From Raillietiella orientalis (taxonomy: Eukaryota): a stretch of DNA of 51,351 bases. The position numbers were made by a program, and so were the translations under genes. Below, one piece after another: positions 11,040-24,230 of the stretch (position 1 is the stretch's first letter; each line of letters opens with the position of its first letter). The notes beneath the pieces were generated by a model. The model ran no database searches. It had not been told where the DNA came from and saw nothing but the letters and a program-made list of their open reading frames with translations. The DNA lies in NCBI GenBank assembly GCA_036172245.1, contig JAYWIR010000054.1, positions 930,001 through 981,351 on the forward strand, given 5' to 3'.

Positions 11040-11710
11040 CCAAGTGCGAAACCATACTCAGGATAAAGAGACCTTAAATAATTTTATTGCTTTACATCTA
11101 TCTTCTGCATGAACAGCAGAACTTTCTACAACAGAATTTCGGGGAGTTGCGTCCCCGAACTGTGTTAAATGCGGAGCGCTGGAATCGCTTCCGCATTTGC
11201 TGTTTGAGTGCGGTGCCCTCCACGAGCTGTGGCAGCGGCTGTCTTCAGCGCTCCTGCACCCTGGACACACCGCACTGGATTGGATGCGCCGTTTCTACAC
11301 GCGTGCCGGACTTTCTCTTGGAGCGGTCGTCGCAATCATCTGCTGCGTCCGCGCCATTGTCAGGGCCCGCCACGTATTGCAGATGCGAGCAGTCCCAACA
11401 TCGGTCCCCGACACCGCAGCCTGCAACCTGCAAATGGCTGCCGGGTGGCCACATCTTGGAGCAGAAGTGAGGACGGAGATCGGCGGCATTCACCGCCGGT
11501 TCTGAGAATAGGAACGGTTAGACTGTATACCCCTGTCCCCGCCCTCCCAACCGATTTATTTATTTATTGTCCCACCCCCTCCCGTTCCGAACTCTCAGTG
11601 TGCCCGGACTGCGTTCCGGGAAATCTACTCCCCATCTTCTGTTCCCCTTGCCTGGGAACACAGTTCCCAGTTGATATTGTAATAAACGTGCCGGCGCAAC
11701 CGGGTAATAA
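11040..11710 (+). mobile_element. 5'-truncated element: Cys/His finger, 3' UTR and terminal hairpin
   Basis: NCVKCGALESLPHLLFECGAL; WPHLGAEVRTEI; AATAAACGTG-CCGG-cgcaa-CCGGGT at 11681-11705. Confidence 0.8.
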
Positions 11711-14700
11711 ACAACAGAATTTCCGCACACCTTAAAAATAAAGCTGCGTTTGTAGCACTGTGCCTAATAAGAGTTATGTTTCGCCCAAGCTGCCGCAGAT
11801 GGAGTGACCATCTGCGCGATCCAGATCTTCGCTTTGAGCGCGCAGGAGTGTGTGGGTTCGGCTACCTCCATAGTCGTGGGCTAAGGGTAAGAGAAGGAAA
11901 AAGCCTCTTATTTTCAAACATCCATCGTTGTGTGCATAGGGGGCCTTGCTACTGCACACTGACTAAGAACGCAAACACGCAGTAGAAAGTCGTCAAAGGT
12001 TGCCATGAGATTGTTTCCATCCCCTTGGGTACACAGAACGATCATCTGATGTTTTTCTGATACATTTGGGCATTTGGCATGGCTTCACCATTCGAGCAAT
12101 CCGAAAATACAAACGGAGCTCGGAATTGGAATGTTCTCACAGAGCACATGGTCAGAGTCACAACGCGGCGGTGTTTCAGGGATAGGCAGAACAAAAACAG
12201 TATTGCTTTCGGTTCAACGTTAGCTGGAAGTCCGAACTGGATCCGCTAAAGAAACTTTTCGAAGGGATCATTGAAGTATCTAGATGTTCCCTTAATGCAG
12301 TTCTGCATTAACGAAGCCTAGTGCATAAGACACCGCAAAGCAGAGTTAATGATCAGGTGTTTCTAGAGCACTGGTATGCCTCTCCGAACGAGCTACAGAG
12401 AGATAGGATACTGACACACGCCTGATGTCGGAAATGCAATCCGTTATAAAAATGAAGACAACATTGATCTCTGTTTTTGCGTACGGTTGTGAAGGAGACA
12501 GAAACCTTTGTAGGTCTTCCGTTTACCCTGTTCTAAAGAAAACTGTAGGTGCAACTTTGGCAGTGTGAAGTCCTTGCAAACGTCTTTAAGGAGCAAAAGC
12601 GCTACTAACTGTGCTGCTCTAGGATGCACATTTGAAGGTAGTGATGATCAGAAGCACGAGAAACGAGGAGACACATGGAGAAATTATCCGTTTTCACCAG
12701 AAAACAACTGAAGAAAGAAACGCTGAGAGACTAATGAATTCTCATCTAATATAAACTTTTATTCCTAAAACGCGAGCATAGCGAGCGCATCTTCCAATAA
12801 ATATGGTTTCGTAGAGAAATAACGCTGCAGCGGAGAATGAAACAAAATCTGTACCACATGATCCAATCTTCTTGCTATTTACTGCCAAAGTTGAAGATCT
12901 CAAAGTACTTGCAGCCAATAATTTTCTTAATGTTTTGTCAGCGAGGAATGACCTCTTGAGGGACTGCTTTTAGGATCCTCACGTGAAAATTTAGGACTCC
13001 AAAGTGGTAACAACTTTTGTAGAATGCAGCCGCTTGTGCAGGGCATTCGTTACTTGTGGATCCACTGCAGCTATGCACTTTACTTAGTAATAGATATCTT
13101 TGCAACTTCAATCCACTTCATCGTTTGAAGTCACTCCCCGTTGTGGCTTAAAAGCTCCCATTCCTTACTCTTTCATCATCTGTTGTGTTCCCCAAGGTGC
13201 GTGATGAAAATTGGAGCGTCAAAATGGACTAAGAGCGTAGGTAATATTTCGGAGCGCACTATTATGTGTTTACCAAATCCATGTAATGACAAAATGGCTC
13301 AACTTTGTTTGCACACAACATGTGAAATTTTGCTTTCTCCGCTACTGCATGCTCATCCTCACGTATCCTTCAATTCCTTTCGTATCCTAAGCAGTTTCGG
13401 TAAGAGGAGACTTTAGAGTCTCCGTACTTCATGTGTTTTCCTTGTTGATTCACTTTCAGAATGATTGGTATAACGTGTCATCCACGTCTCCTCAAGCTCT
13501 ACCCTGTAATTGTCTACAGAAAGTATAATCAACTTACATACTGAAGCACACTCGTATGCCACTTATTCCCATGGTTTTGACTAACGCAACGAGTGACCCA
13601 GAAGACTACTTTGAAAGCACGTATTAATCACAGCTTAGAAAGTCAGTGTAATGATTCAACTTTAATGGAATGATGAATGGGACAAAAACATTTTTGTCCT
13701 CAAGGAAATACACTTGTGATAGAAAGTGCTGTTTGAACCAAATAAGATGGGAATGACGCTATACTCGTGCTCTAAACACAAGGCTGATAGAAAAGGACAG
13801 TGTTCAATGGGATCAGAGAGATGTTAAGGTCATCTGAAAGAAACTTTAAGGTGACTTATTGATCGATGGGAAGGCGATTTAGATGTTCTGAGGAGGTACG
13901 AAAGAGACCTCTTAGTCAGAAATTAATAAAAAGCAGGAGAGCCATCGAGAACATGTCTACAGGTTAACCTGGTTAGAGACGCAATACCATATATCGGAAA
14001 TGCTGAAGGATAATGGGACCAAGAGGTATCGATTTGTTTATTTCTACGGTAGCATTTATGCTATTTTGACACCAGATGTCAGTGTATGAAAGGAAATACA
14101 ACCTGCGCAGCATTCATTTCGGATGCATATCAAGTCGCTCGGGCGAATATCTTGAAAATAGCACTACTCCAGCTACTGCGAAGACATGAATGCACTTGAC
14201 TGATTTTGATTCCAATGGAATGGATTCCAAGGATGCATGGAATGTACGCTGCACAGATCGCGAACTTATCAACAGCAAATGCAAAGCACGCGCTGATCAA
14301 GATGAATTTCATACACCGATTCGACGAGCAGAGAACTTAAAGTGGTGCTGCAGAATATTTAAAACGATGATTCCTAAGACACAGAGAAAGAGCCTAACCG
14401 ACAGAGAGCGAACTAGACTGGAATCTCAATGAACAGATGAACGTTTGTCATGAGAAGGGAAACTCGAACATGCGGTTTCCGTCTGCAAACAGAATGGTCC
14501 TGAACGAACTCGTGGATCCGCTTGTGTGATATATATATTTCTTTGGTGCCTATGTCATGGAACACGAAACTTCTAGATCCGTTTTCATTTTATAGTAAAC
14601 TAGCGGCATTTGTTTGCAATTTCAACAGAACACAGCATTTTCTATCCCTCAATGTAAGGAATATTCATACATATCTATATACATCCTCACTCCTCTTTGG

Positions 14701-16289
14701 ATATTCCAAACGCCATTTCAACTGACACTGCTCTTATGGACGTACCGCAGTCAGGATATTCTCCCAGAGCGTAAAAACAGATTCCGAAATGTAAAAGCGA
14801 AAGCAAGGAGAAACATATCTGATAGAAAAGGACACCAGACAAATGTGAAAGGTTAATCAAGGCATCCCAGGATATGTCAAGCATGTACTAGGATTGACAG
14901 GAATTGAAGTGCCATCAGCGAAAACGACCTTTGCGGAATTTCATATGGCAGTACCATTCTCAAAAGGGAGCATATCAAAAATGATTTTCGTATTAATGTA
15001 TCCTGAAACCAAGGGCAGTGATCTAAATGGTGAATAAAGGAAAAAATAGATCGTGTTCTTCTATCATCATAGAATAAACGATTCGAAGTGCACATTTAAA
15101 TATACATTCAGATTTAAAAGGATGTTCGCAGTGAAGTAAAGAGTTTATTGAAATGAAGACATCATGAGATTCTTCTTTAGAGTGTGGCGAAGTAGAATTC
15201 TGTAGCAAACCCTCTTTTACTTACTAGACTTCCAAGTAAGGTTGAGTGGTTTTTCATGCGAACGACAAGTTTGCAGTGAAGCAAGTGGAATTAAGAGACG
15301 AGAAGACTCTTCCCAACAGGTGTATTGGGAGGGTCTAAAGAGATCTGCTATGTGCATCTGCTTTGTTCTTAATGTACCCATTTTTAAATTGCAAAGCATA
15401 AAGTTAAGTTATTATCAATTAAGCGTGTTGGGATGGGAAACGAATACATCCTTCAGTTTGAAAACTTATGGAATGTTAGGAGAGGTGAGTCTCCCCACCA
15501 TGCGTCTTATACTTACCTATAACGCAGATTCACGCAGAAAATCTCGAGGTGAAATAAAGAAACTCTTTTATTATTCGCAGATGCAAAAGCACAAGGAATC
15601 TATGAGCTCCTCAATCCTTGACGATGACATTCAGTAAGGTGCCTGCTTGCCAGTAACAAGATAACGTGGTTGGTATTCTTCCAGCATTTGGACCGACGAC
15701 GAGTCTGAGAAGAAAAAGTATCAGTTTTATCCCTAAACCTTTGAATATCAAGTATCTGGTACTTTTGAATAGTTCTTCTATCATGGACCCGTTCTCCGGT
15801 TGAAAAAAGTTAAAGAAAAGCCTCAGTTATGAAGCATGCTGTAAATGACACATGCATCAGAAACGAAAAAAAGGGAAAGTTTAAATACCACGGAACATCC
15901 TAACAGAGTTTTTAAAACCTCTCTCATATTCAAAACGAAAATAAAGTCACAAGGTTGCACGATTTAAAAGGCGTCTAAAATCTGTCAACTTTCACATATC
16001 TGCACATTACATATTTCAAAGAACTCCTCAAATTGATTCCATAAAATTACAACGGTTGTGCATCAGCTGAAGGGACACATTAAAAAAGATGCTTTCAATA
16101 ATATTCTTTAAAGCCACAACAAAATTAATAGTTAAGCAAATACTTGAAACGTCATACCTCTGTCTCCTATCAGGGTAAACGAGGTCACAAGTACCATTGA
16201 ATGCTGTCAAAACAAAATTAGCCATCATAGGTTCACGACTTTCTTTGACCTAGAATTATCAATAGTTTTCGAACACTGCAAAAACATGC

Positions 16290-18320
16290 TTACATATAGT
16301 TCCGAATAGCATTGACCTTGACCTAGTCCATGCGAACGACTATTGATAGACAATTCACATGCGGCGTACCTGTTGTCGAAGGTATATTGACATCCTCCAA
16401 CAGGAGGACGCAGACCAATGACGCGTGGCAAAACTTTAAGCCCTACAGAATTAAAGTCTTCCACCAGATAGTCAGAAGTTCCCATTGCCTGGCAAAACAG
16501 GAGTACAACAACCTAAAACGAAAAGCACTACAGTAAATATTTGCATTCAAGTGAGCAAAGGACTGGTAAAATTGCAAAAGTTAAAAGAATCACACAAGAG
16601 TCTTCCTTTTGAAATTTAAGTGCAGCAGCCATACAAAGCTCATCGAAAAGCACCGCAAACGACAGCGCTTGCTCCATTAGCAGCATAAGCTTGCTCCTGT
16701 ACCAGCCTTCGGAAAAACTTTAAGACTCTTTGAAGACCCTAAACACGTAAGATTCAAAAAAACTATACCTTCGCATACATTATCAAGATTTACGCGTGCA
16801 AAATAGCAAGCACTAATGAAAGGAAATCCAAAAAAAAAAAACAAGATATATCCAGGAGAGCAGAAGAAACAACAAAAGCAACGAATCTCTCATAACAAGT
16901 AAATCAGATAGAAAATAAAAAAGGTTCCAAACCACTAGATGATACACTAGTCAGAAATTCTCTAAGGGAAAGTTAAGAAACCGAAAATGCAACGAGAGTA
17001 ACGGATCAAGGGAAAAAATGCAAGTACCACGAATTCATTCAAATGCCAATCAAAGCAGCAGATACATCACTAAGCAACTCTAATAGTCACTAGTCGAACT
17101 AATTGTACCACAACGCGCTGTGTACTATTAAATCAACGATCCAATTGCAAATTGCCAAAAACAGCTTGCATACGAAAGAAGACCTGAAGTCCCACGATGA
17201 ACATCCTTTCAAGAACCAAATACTGCTTACGAAGTTGAACAGAATTGATGACATCCTTTCACTCGAAATGCTAGCCGATCCAGAAGCAGAATGGAGCATC
17301 ACATTGAGAGGAGAACGCTGCTCTGATGGGTTTTATACAGAGTCACTTGCGGTTTCCTATAACACATGATATTCCCTTGCCCCTCCTTCCCCTACGCCGT
17401 TCTCCCAACAAGTGCTGGAATCTCTCTTTCGTGATGCGCAAAACAACGGATGATTTACTTTTTCACAGGACGTTCTCGGCTAACCGAAGGCGGAGAACAT
17501 TTTCGTATTCCAAAGAAAAATAGCCCACATGAGTGTCAACGGAATGTTTCCGAAGAAAGAAGGAAACTAAACGAGTTTACAGCTTAGCATGCGTCTCAAA
17601 GGAGCGGTGAGATGCCCGGACCACTGATAGCTTTCAAGTATGGTAGGAAAGAGGATTGAACGAGGTAGGCGACGTGGGAAAAAGGATTGCGATGAAAGAC
17701 AATATGGAGCAGGCGAGAAACGAGGGCACCGTCACCAAAGGTTGAGATACGGTTCCGATGAACACGTGGAGATCCTGCAGAAGCAAGTAGAATGAGAGCA
17801 GATTTGAGAATAACATGTGCAAGCGCATCAAGATAGGAGCATCCCACCTGCACCATCACAGCAAACGCACCAATGCGAGCAGCCGGCAACTGCAAACAGC
17901 AAAGCGCGTATTGTGGCGCAAAAAGTATCAACGGGCACAATGTGCGAAGGCACAAAATTTGGAAGCGACCTTTGCTTCCGCGATCCCAATCCACTTTATG
18001 GATGTGGCGGCTATTTGTACATTCGGCGCTTACGGAAAAGCTAAGGGGTTCCTTTGGTGGCACAGTCACTTCCAGAAGGAAATAAAACTGTTGCTTGTCT
18101 TTAGAAAACGTGGATGCGTCGCAGAGAACATTTCCATTTCCATCTTCCGAAAGGTATGCAAAAAAAACTCCCTAAGAGGTGATCCTACACAATAATAGGT
18201 ATTTTATTACTAGATCTGTACGTTCTTCTGTGATGATCGCAAAAAGATCTTTGAGACTTTTCTCAGCAATGGTTTGGCTGAAACAGTTCGCAGAAGAGGG
18301 TCGTACGAGGACATTAAACA
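16290..18320. repeat. Left arm of a diverged inverted duplication (partner 22200-24230)
   Basis: 17310-17775 is nearly identical to the reverse complement of 22770-23240; weaker colinear matches lie on both sides. Confidence 0.85.
16294..16488 (-). CDS. Putative exon of an unidentified Cys-containing protein (left paralog)
   Basis: ttttgccag acceptor and gtaagc donor. GGCQYTFDNRYAACELS..GQCYSELY aligns with the exon at 24032-24224. Confidence 0.45.
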
Positions 18321-18533
18321 GTGGTGCAAGAAACATAAAAGAAATCAGTAATTGAAGAACAACGCACTAAAATTATTAAGAGGTGGACAAGAAATCGCAG
18401 CTTGTCAGCTTCGGCTTTTCTCATCCTGTCAAAGATGCTGCAAAATTAGAGCTCGCTGCGAACTATACGGAAGCATTTCATGAGATCTTCGCAAACAGCA
18501 AACATCTCGTCTGTTTTGCAACCCGACTACAGC

Positions 18534-20013
18534 TTTGCCACGAGATCCGTCCTGTAGACACACTAAATTGAATTAAGCTATGGATAAACAGCATGAGAAG
18601 AGCGTTGATCAAATAATTATTACACTGCAAGTTGTCTAGGAAAACCGATTTTCGTTTGAGCTTCTTAAGCATAAGAGGAGAACCATTGCAATGTTACTTA
18701 TGTGAGCCCAGTGCGTCACTGCAATTATTACTCCTCGTTTCCAAGAAATTATAAAAAACCAGCACTTGAACATTTTCCAAAAGTAAGTCACGCTGAAGGT
18801 GCCATTTGCTGATTTGTTTGGCAGATTCGCATGTCTCTGAGCCGCAACTTTGCATTTTGCGTCGCAAGTGTTCGTCCCATCTTTTGAAACAAGCAGCAAT
18901 CAAACCCTGGATTGCGTGTGCTTATGTAAAACTGTGGGGCTGTGAGCATCCTTAAAATAAACGCAATGCTTAGCAGGGACTCCCTTCTTTCTGAAGCATC
19001 TAGCACGTGCCTTCAAATTGAAATAGTTCTTGATTCTGGAAGAGAGGTTCCGCGCAGTTATCACTACATCTGTGAATTGCAGCAAGGTGTCCCTGCTCTT
19101 TCGTGCTCTTCTTACGTAGATGCGCTGTAGCGACTCCGAATACCGCTTCTTTCATGGGATCCAGGATGCTTCAGTGCGGGTGCTAACCACAATACATGCA
19201 AAGACGGCATGACATGCAACAGATGAACTCTGAATCTGAGTAGGAAGCAAACAAGTTGAAAACACTCTTTTTTGAAATTCTTGGCCGAGTGGCTCCATTA
19301 TGAACTTGTTTGCCTCTTACTCTGATTCAAGGATCATCTGTTGCACGCCATGCCATGTTTGCGTGAACTCTGGTTAGAACTCGCGATGTGACGGCCTCCA
19401 TCTCATGAAAGAAGAGTGTCAGCGCATATACGTAAGAACAGCACGCAAGAGCAAGGACACCTTGCTGCACATTCCCACATGCAGTTGTAACTGTGCGGAA
19501 CCTCTCTTCCAGAATCCAGAAGTATTTCACTATGGAGGCACCTGCTAGATGCTTCAGAAAGCAGGGAGTCCCTGCTAAGCATTGCGTTTATTTTAAGGAT
19601 GCTCACAGCCCCACAGTTTTACATAAGCACACGCAATCCAGGGTTTGATTGCTGCTTGTTTCAAAAGATGGGACGAACATTTGCGACGCAAAATGCAAAG
19701 TTGCGGTTAGAGGACATACGAATGCACCAAACAAATTAGCAAATGGCACCTTGAGCTGGACTTACTTTGGAAAATATTCAACTGCTGGTTTTTTATAATT
19801 TCTTGAAAACGAGGAGTAATAATTGCAGTGACGCACTGGGCTTACATGAGTAACATTGCAATGGTTCTCCTCTTATGCTTAAGAAGCTCAAACGAAAATC
19901 GGTTTTCCTAGACAACTTGCACTGTAATAATTATTTGATCAACGCTCTTCTCATGCTGTTTATCCATAGCTTAATTCAATTTAGTGTGTCTACAGGACGG
20001 ATCTCGTGGCAAA
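18534..20013. repeat. Long palindrome: arms 18534-19257 and 19303-20013, ~45-nt loop
   Basis: Direct reverse-complement match. The mirrored ORFs 18478..18672(-)/19875..20111(+) and 18942..19130(+)/19403..19606(-) share long identical starts. Confidence 0.95.
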
Positions 20014-22199
20014 TCGGCATTTGTACAGCAAAACAGCCATTTGTTTGTTGTTTGCGAAGATATCATAACAATCAAAATCATTTCAATGCAGCACCTCGGA
20101 GATCTTGGTGAAGAATAACTAACAAGTGATTATGGCATTTTTGTGTATTACCCTCACAAAATTCAATTAGAATGCTTTTTTGGCGTTTTGTGAAAGAAAA
20201 AGCACGTGAAGTTGAAAGTGCGACATAACTGTCGAATCCAGGTTTTCTCTATATGCGAAATTTCAATTAAGACTGAATGGCGTACCAGTCTCCTCCTGCT
20301 TTGGTCAACTGTTTTTCTTGCTGCAGACTGCTTGCATTCTGGAAACCCTGCAAGTCTGTTTCCGGCCACCGTCTGCAGTTTGCTCGAACCTTCTGGTTGA
20401 TCGAACGTTTTGTTCACTGCTTGCACGAAAATGCCTCTCACGCCTTCCGCAACGCATCCACGATTCTTCATTCAGGTAAAAACAGGAGAACAGTCTATTA
20501 ATGTGATCAACACCAGGGGCCATGGGCATCACGAATAACCTTGTAGAAACAAATCTGTTCGAATCGCACGATTTCAGAGAGAACAATTCGTTAGCTCGAA
20601 AAGAATCGACCTGCGGCCCTTATGTCAGATGGACCAGTCTGCCATTGCATGCAAGCAAATCTTCAGGAGCACTCGAATAGAAAGTGGTATGATGGCTAAG
20701 AAACGAGCATTGCAAAATGGTATTTGCATTTCATCGATGAATCTCGCCAGGTTCTCCGCTGCTTTGATTCAGGATGAGTGGCAATCGGATTACACTCAGT
20801 ACGGAAATAAATAATATCCTTGTACTCGCGTTCGGCACAACAGGGAGATCAACTCTGTCTCTTTCCCTTTGAGGGACCCTGAAGATGCCTAGCATTGTGG
20901 CCATGGGAATATAAGCGAGTGCCGCGGTCAGCAGAAACCTGCCGAGTGTTGTGGCAGTGGTTCTACATCGCATGTTTTGTTGTGCAGATCGAATTCGGAC
21001 TGCTGATCTTTCGAACATGTCCACATTCCTTATATCTCAAAGTATCTAGCAGGAAAAGTAAGTATTATACAAAGCAAACAATGCTTGCGTGTGTGTTTTG
21101 CACGTATCCAATACGTGCTTTCGTCGTGCTTCCCGTGTTGTTCAAAAGGAACCGAACGTTCTTTTACTCGTCCTGTATAAAATTTTTCTAATAGACAGCG
21201 TTGATTTGCGCGGTTAATAAGATACTATAGTTCTTCCAATATTCCAAAGCTAGTGACGGCTATTTGGCTACCAGCTTCACCAGATGATGACCTCTATTAA
21301 ATACCACGCACAGATTCTCTGTACGCTGAGGTGCTCCAAAGAGGAAACCCTGTTCTCGATGCTTTCTCAAGGTTAAAATGCACTTCCTGAGTACTACGTT
21401 CTGGACACAGACAACTTTTTTTACTGTGATTCTTTCGTGGCTACGTAGTAACACAGACAGCCAGAATATGGCTACATAGAATTTACACTGCTACGTTGCA
21501 TTAAGGATGCAGATGTTGAAATGCTGAGCGGTGAGTCTAGCGCTTAAATATTCCCCTTTGCTCTCCTATTTGTAGGAATTCAGCGGAGCAATCGAGATCC
21601 CGTTGCCAGCATTGAAGATCTCCAAGCGGTTGTGCGATAAATGTATGCTCCTTCTCAGATGGAAAATTTCTTCTTCGCGACTGTTGCACTCAGGCAACCC
21701 ATGAAACGCGAATCCAAGTAGTTGATAAGAAATGGTCTGGCAAGGGAATGGAACAGACGAGGCAAAATGGAAACTTTGCGCTTCTGCCTAACGAGTGCTT
21801 TCCTTTTAGTCGTGAGAGTGGAATTTTGACTACGTCCAAGAACTTCTGAAAGGCCACCGGGGGTCTTTTATTTCTCTGCACTAGCAAACAAAAGCTTCTC
21901 GCCTGAGTGATCTCAGTGTTGTGCTCTGCTTGCGAAACCGCTTCTATCAAGAGTACTGAAGATGTCGGAATGATAAACAAGCCATTCTTCCCGAATTGAC
22001 GAATTACTTAGGATGAAATGAATAGATAGGACATGTCACACGGTGAGATGCTCGCGCATAGTACGGAACGAGCACGAATTTGCCAACCTTCTTGAGAGGT
22101 TGAGAAGGACAGCAGGAGGAAACTGCGATCTCTTCCTGATCCTATGATCATGTCAGTACTTTCTCCTTCATTTTTTACTTCTTTTTTATTTCCTCTTCC

Positions 22200-24230
22200 A
22201 TTCTTCAATGTTCTACTACGAAGCTCTTTCTGCCAATTGTTTCGAAGGAACTTTTCCTGAGAAAAGCTTTTAAGAGCTTTCTGCTTTCATCAAAAAGTAA
22301 AAAACCAGTAATAAAATTTGTATTATTGTGTACGATAGTTTTTTGAGGAATTTTTTTCGTATACCACACTAAAGTTGGAATTGAAATTGCCGTCGGCAAT
22401 GGATCCAAGTTTTCTCTTGTGGAGCCGCAGTTTCCTTCCCTTCTGGAAGTTAGTGGGCCACCCAAAGAAACCCTTAGCATGTCCGTCAGCGCCAAATGCA
22501 TAAATAGCTGCCGCCTCCAAGGAGCGCTTTGGGTTGGCAGAATTAAAGTTTCCTTGCAGGTGTTATGCCTTCGCACTCTGTGCCCGCGGTTCTTTTTTCT
22601 ACGCGCTTATAGTACGTGCTTTGCCGTTTGCAGTTGCCGGCTACTCGCAGTGGGGCACTCGCTGTGTTGGTACAGATGGGATACTCCTGCCTTGTTCCGC
22701 TTGCACGCGTTATTCTCGAGTTTGCTACCATTCTACTTGCTTCTGTTCCGATCAACACGTGGACATCCAGATCTCCACGTGTTGATAGGAACCGTATCTC
22801 AACCTTTGGTGACGGTGCCCTCGTTTCTCGCCTGCTCCATATTGTCTCTCATCGCAATCCTTTTTCCCACGTCGCCTACCTTGTTCAATGCTCTTTCCTA
22901 CCATACTTGAAAGCTATCAGTGGTCCAGGCATCTCACCGCTCCTTTGAGACGCATGCTAAGCTGTAAACTCGTTTAGTTTCCTTCTTTCTTCGAAAACAT
23001 TCCGTTGACACTGATGTGGGCTATTTTTCTTTGCAAGGCGAAAATTTTCTCCGCCTTCGGTCAGCCGAGAACGTCCTGGATGTGGAAAAGTAAATTATAT
23101 GTAGTTTTGCGCATCACTAAAGAGAGATTCTAGCACTTGTTGGAAGAACGGCGTAGGGGAAGGAGGGGCAAGGAAATATCATGTGTTGTAGGAAACCGCA
23201 AGTGATTCTGTATAAAACCCATCTGAGCGGCGTTCTACTCTCAATATGCTGCTTCATTCTGAGCCTATTTGGTCTGGTATTTCGAGAGAAAGAATGCTGT
23301 CACTCCTATTCAACATCGTAAGCAGTATTTGGATTTTGAATTGATGTTGTTCGTAGGATTTCAGTTCTTCTTGTGCATGCAAGACTCCTTAGGAAATTTT
23401 CTATTATTAACAGCGCGTTGTGGTCCAATTTTTGTGACAACTAAGTTTAAGAGTTTTTTAGTGATGTAGCTATTGCTTTTATTCGCTCGTGGATGACTCC
23501 GTCATACTTGGATTTTCTCCCATGATTCGTTCCTTCCGTTGAATTGCTGGTTTCTTAATTTCCTCTTTGGGATTTAAGAACAAGTTTGTCATCTTGTGGT
23601 TTTCGACTTCTTTTCTCCATGTTCTTCATTTGTCCTGAGAGATTCGTTCCTCTTCTTTTTTTGCTTTCCTGGATTCAACTTTTTTCTTTTGTTCCTTTTT
23701 ATCAGTTTTGGCTATTTTGCACGCGTTGATCTAGATGCTGAAGGCGAAGGAAGTGTTGTTTGCGGAACTAACGTATTTTGTGTCTCGAAGGAGTCGTGTA
23801 ATCTTTGCGCAGGCTAGTACAGGGGTAAATTTTATATCGGTCTGCACTTCGGGAAGGTTCTGATTTGTGCGCTTTGTCTTCCACCATCAATCACCGCTGC
23901 GCTATTATTATGAAAGAGCATCTTCCGTGTGGATGTTTTCGTTGCTCCAGTCTTTCTACTCATTTTGTATATTCACTGTGATTGTTTTCTGAAGTATTTG
24001 TTTTCTAGGTTACTTCTGTACTAATTTTCAGCTCTGCAATAATTTTTGCAGCTGATCCTGCAAGAAATATCTCTTCAGGAGCAGAAAGAGTGATCACCGA
24101 TTTGCTTGATTTTCGTCAGTTTCAAGGACCTTGTGATTTGTTCTTTGACAAGACGGCCGGAAACTGCCAAGTGTCTTACGGTTCCCTGGTTCGACTGCGT
24201 AGAGCTTGTGATATTAATATTTTCGTGAGT
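22200..24230. repeat. Right arm of the diverged inverted duplication (partner 16290-18320)
   Basis: Identical peptide tails in ORFs 17596..18069(-) and 22616..22948(+), e.g. YLKAISGPGISPLL. Confidence 0.85.
24032..24224 (+). CDS. Putative exon of an unidentified Cys-containing protein (right paralog)
   Basis: ttttcag (or tttgcag at 24051) acceptor and gtgagt donor. GPCDLFFDKTAGNCQVS..RACDINIF. Confidence 0.45.

Noticed and set aside
12000..16000. Further exons and extension of the inverted duplication to ~14.9/25.3 kb
   Set aside because: Only weak, short similarities by eye. No gene model or product can be supported.
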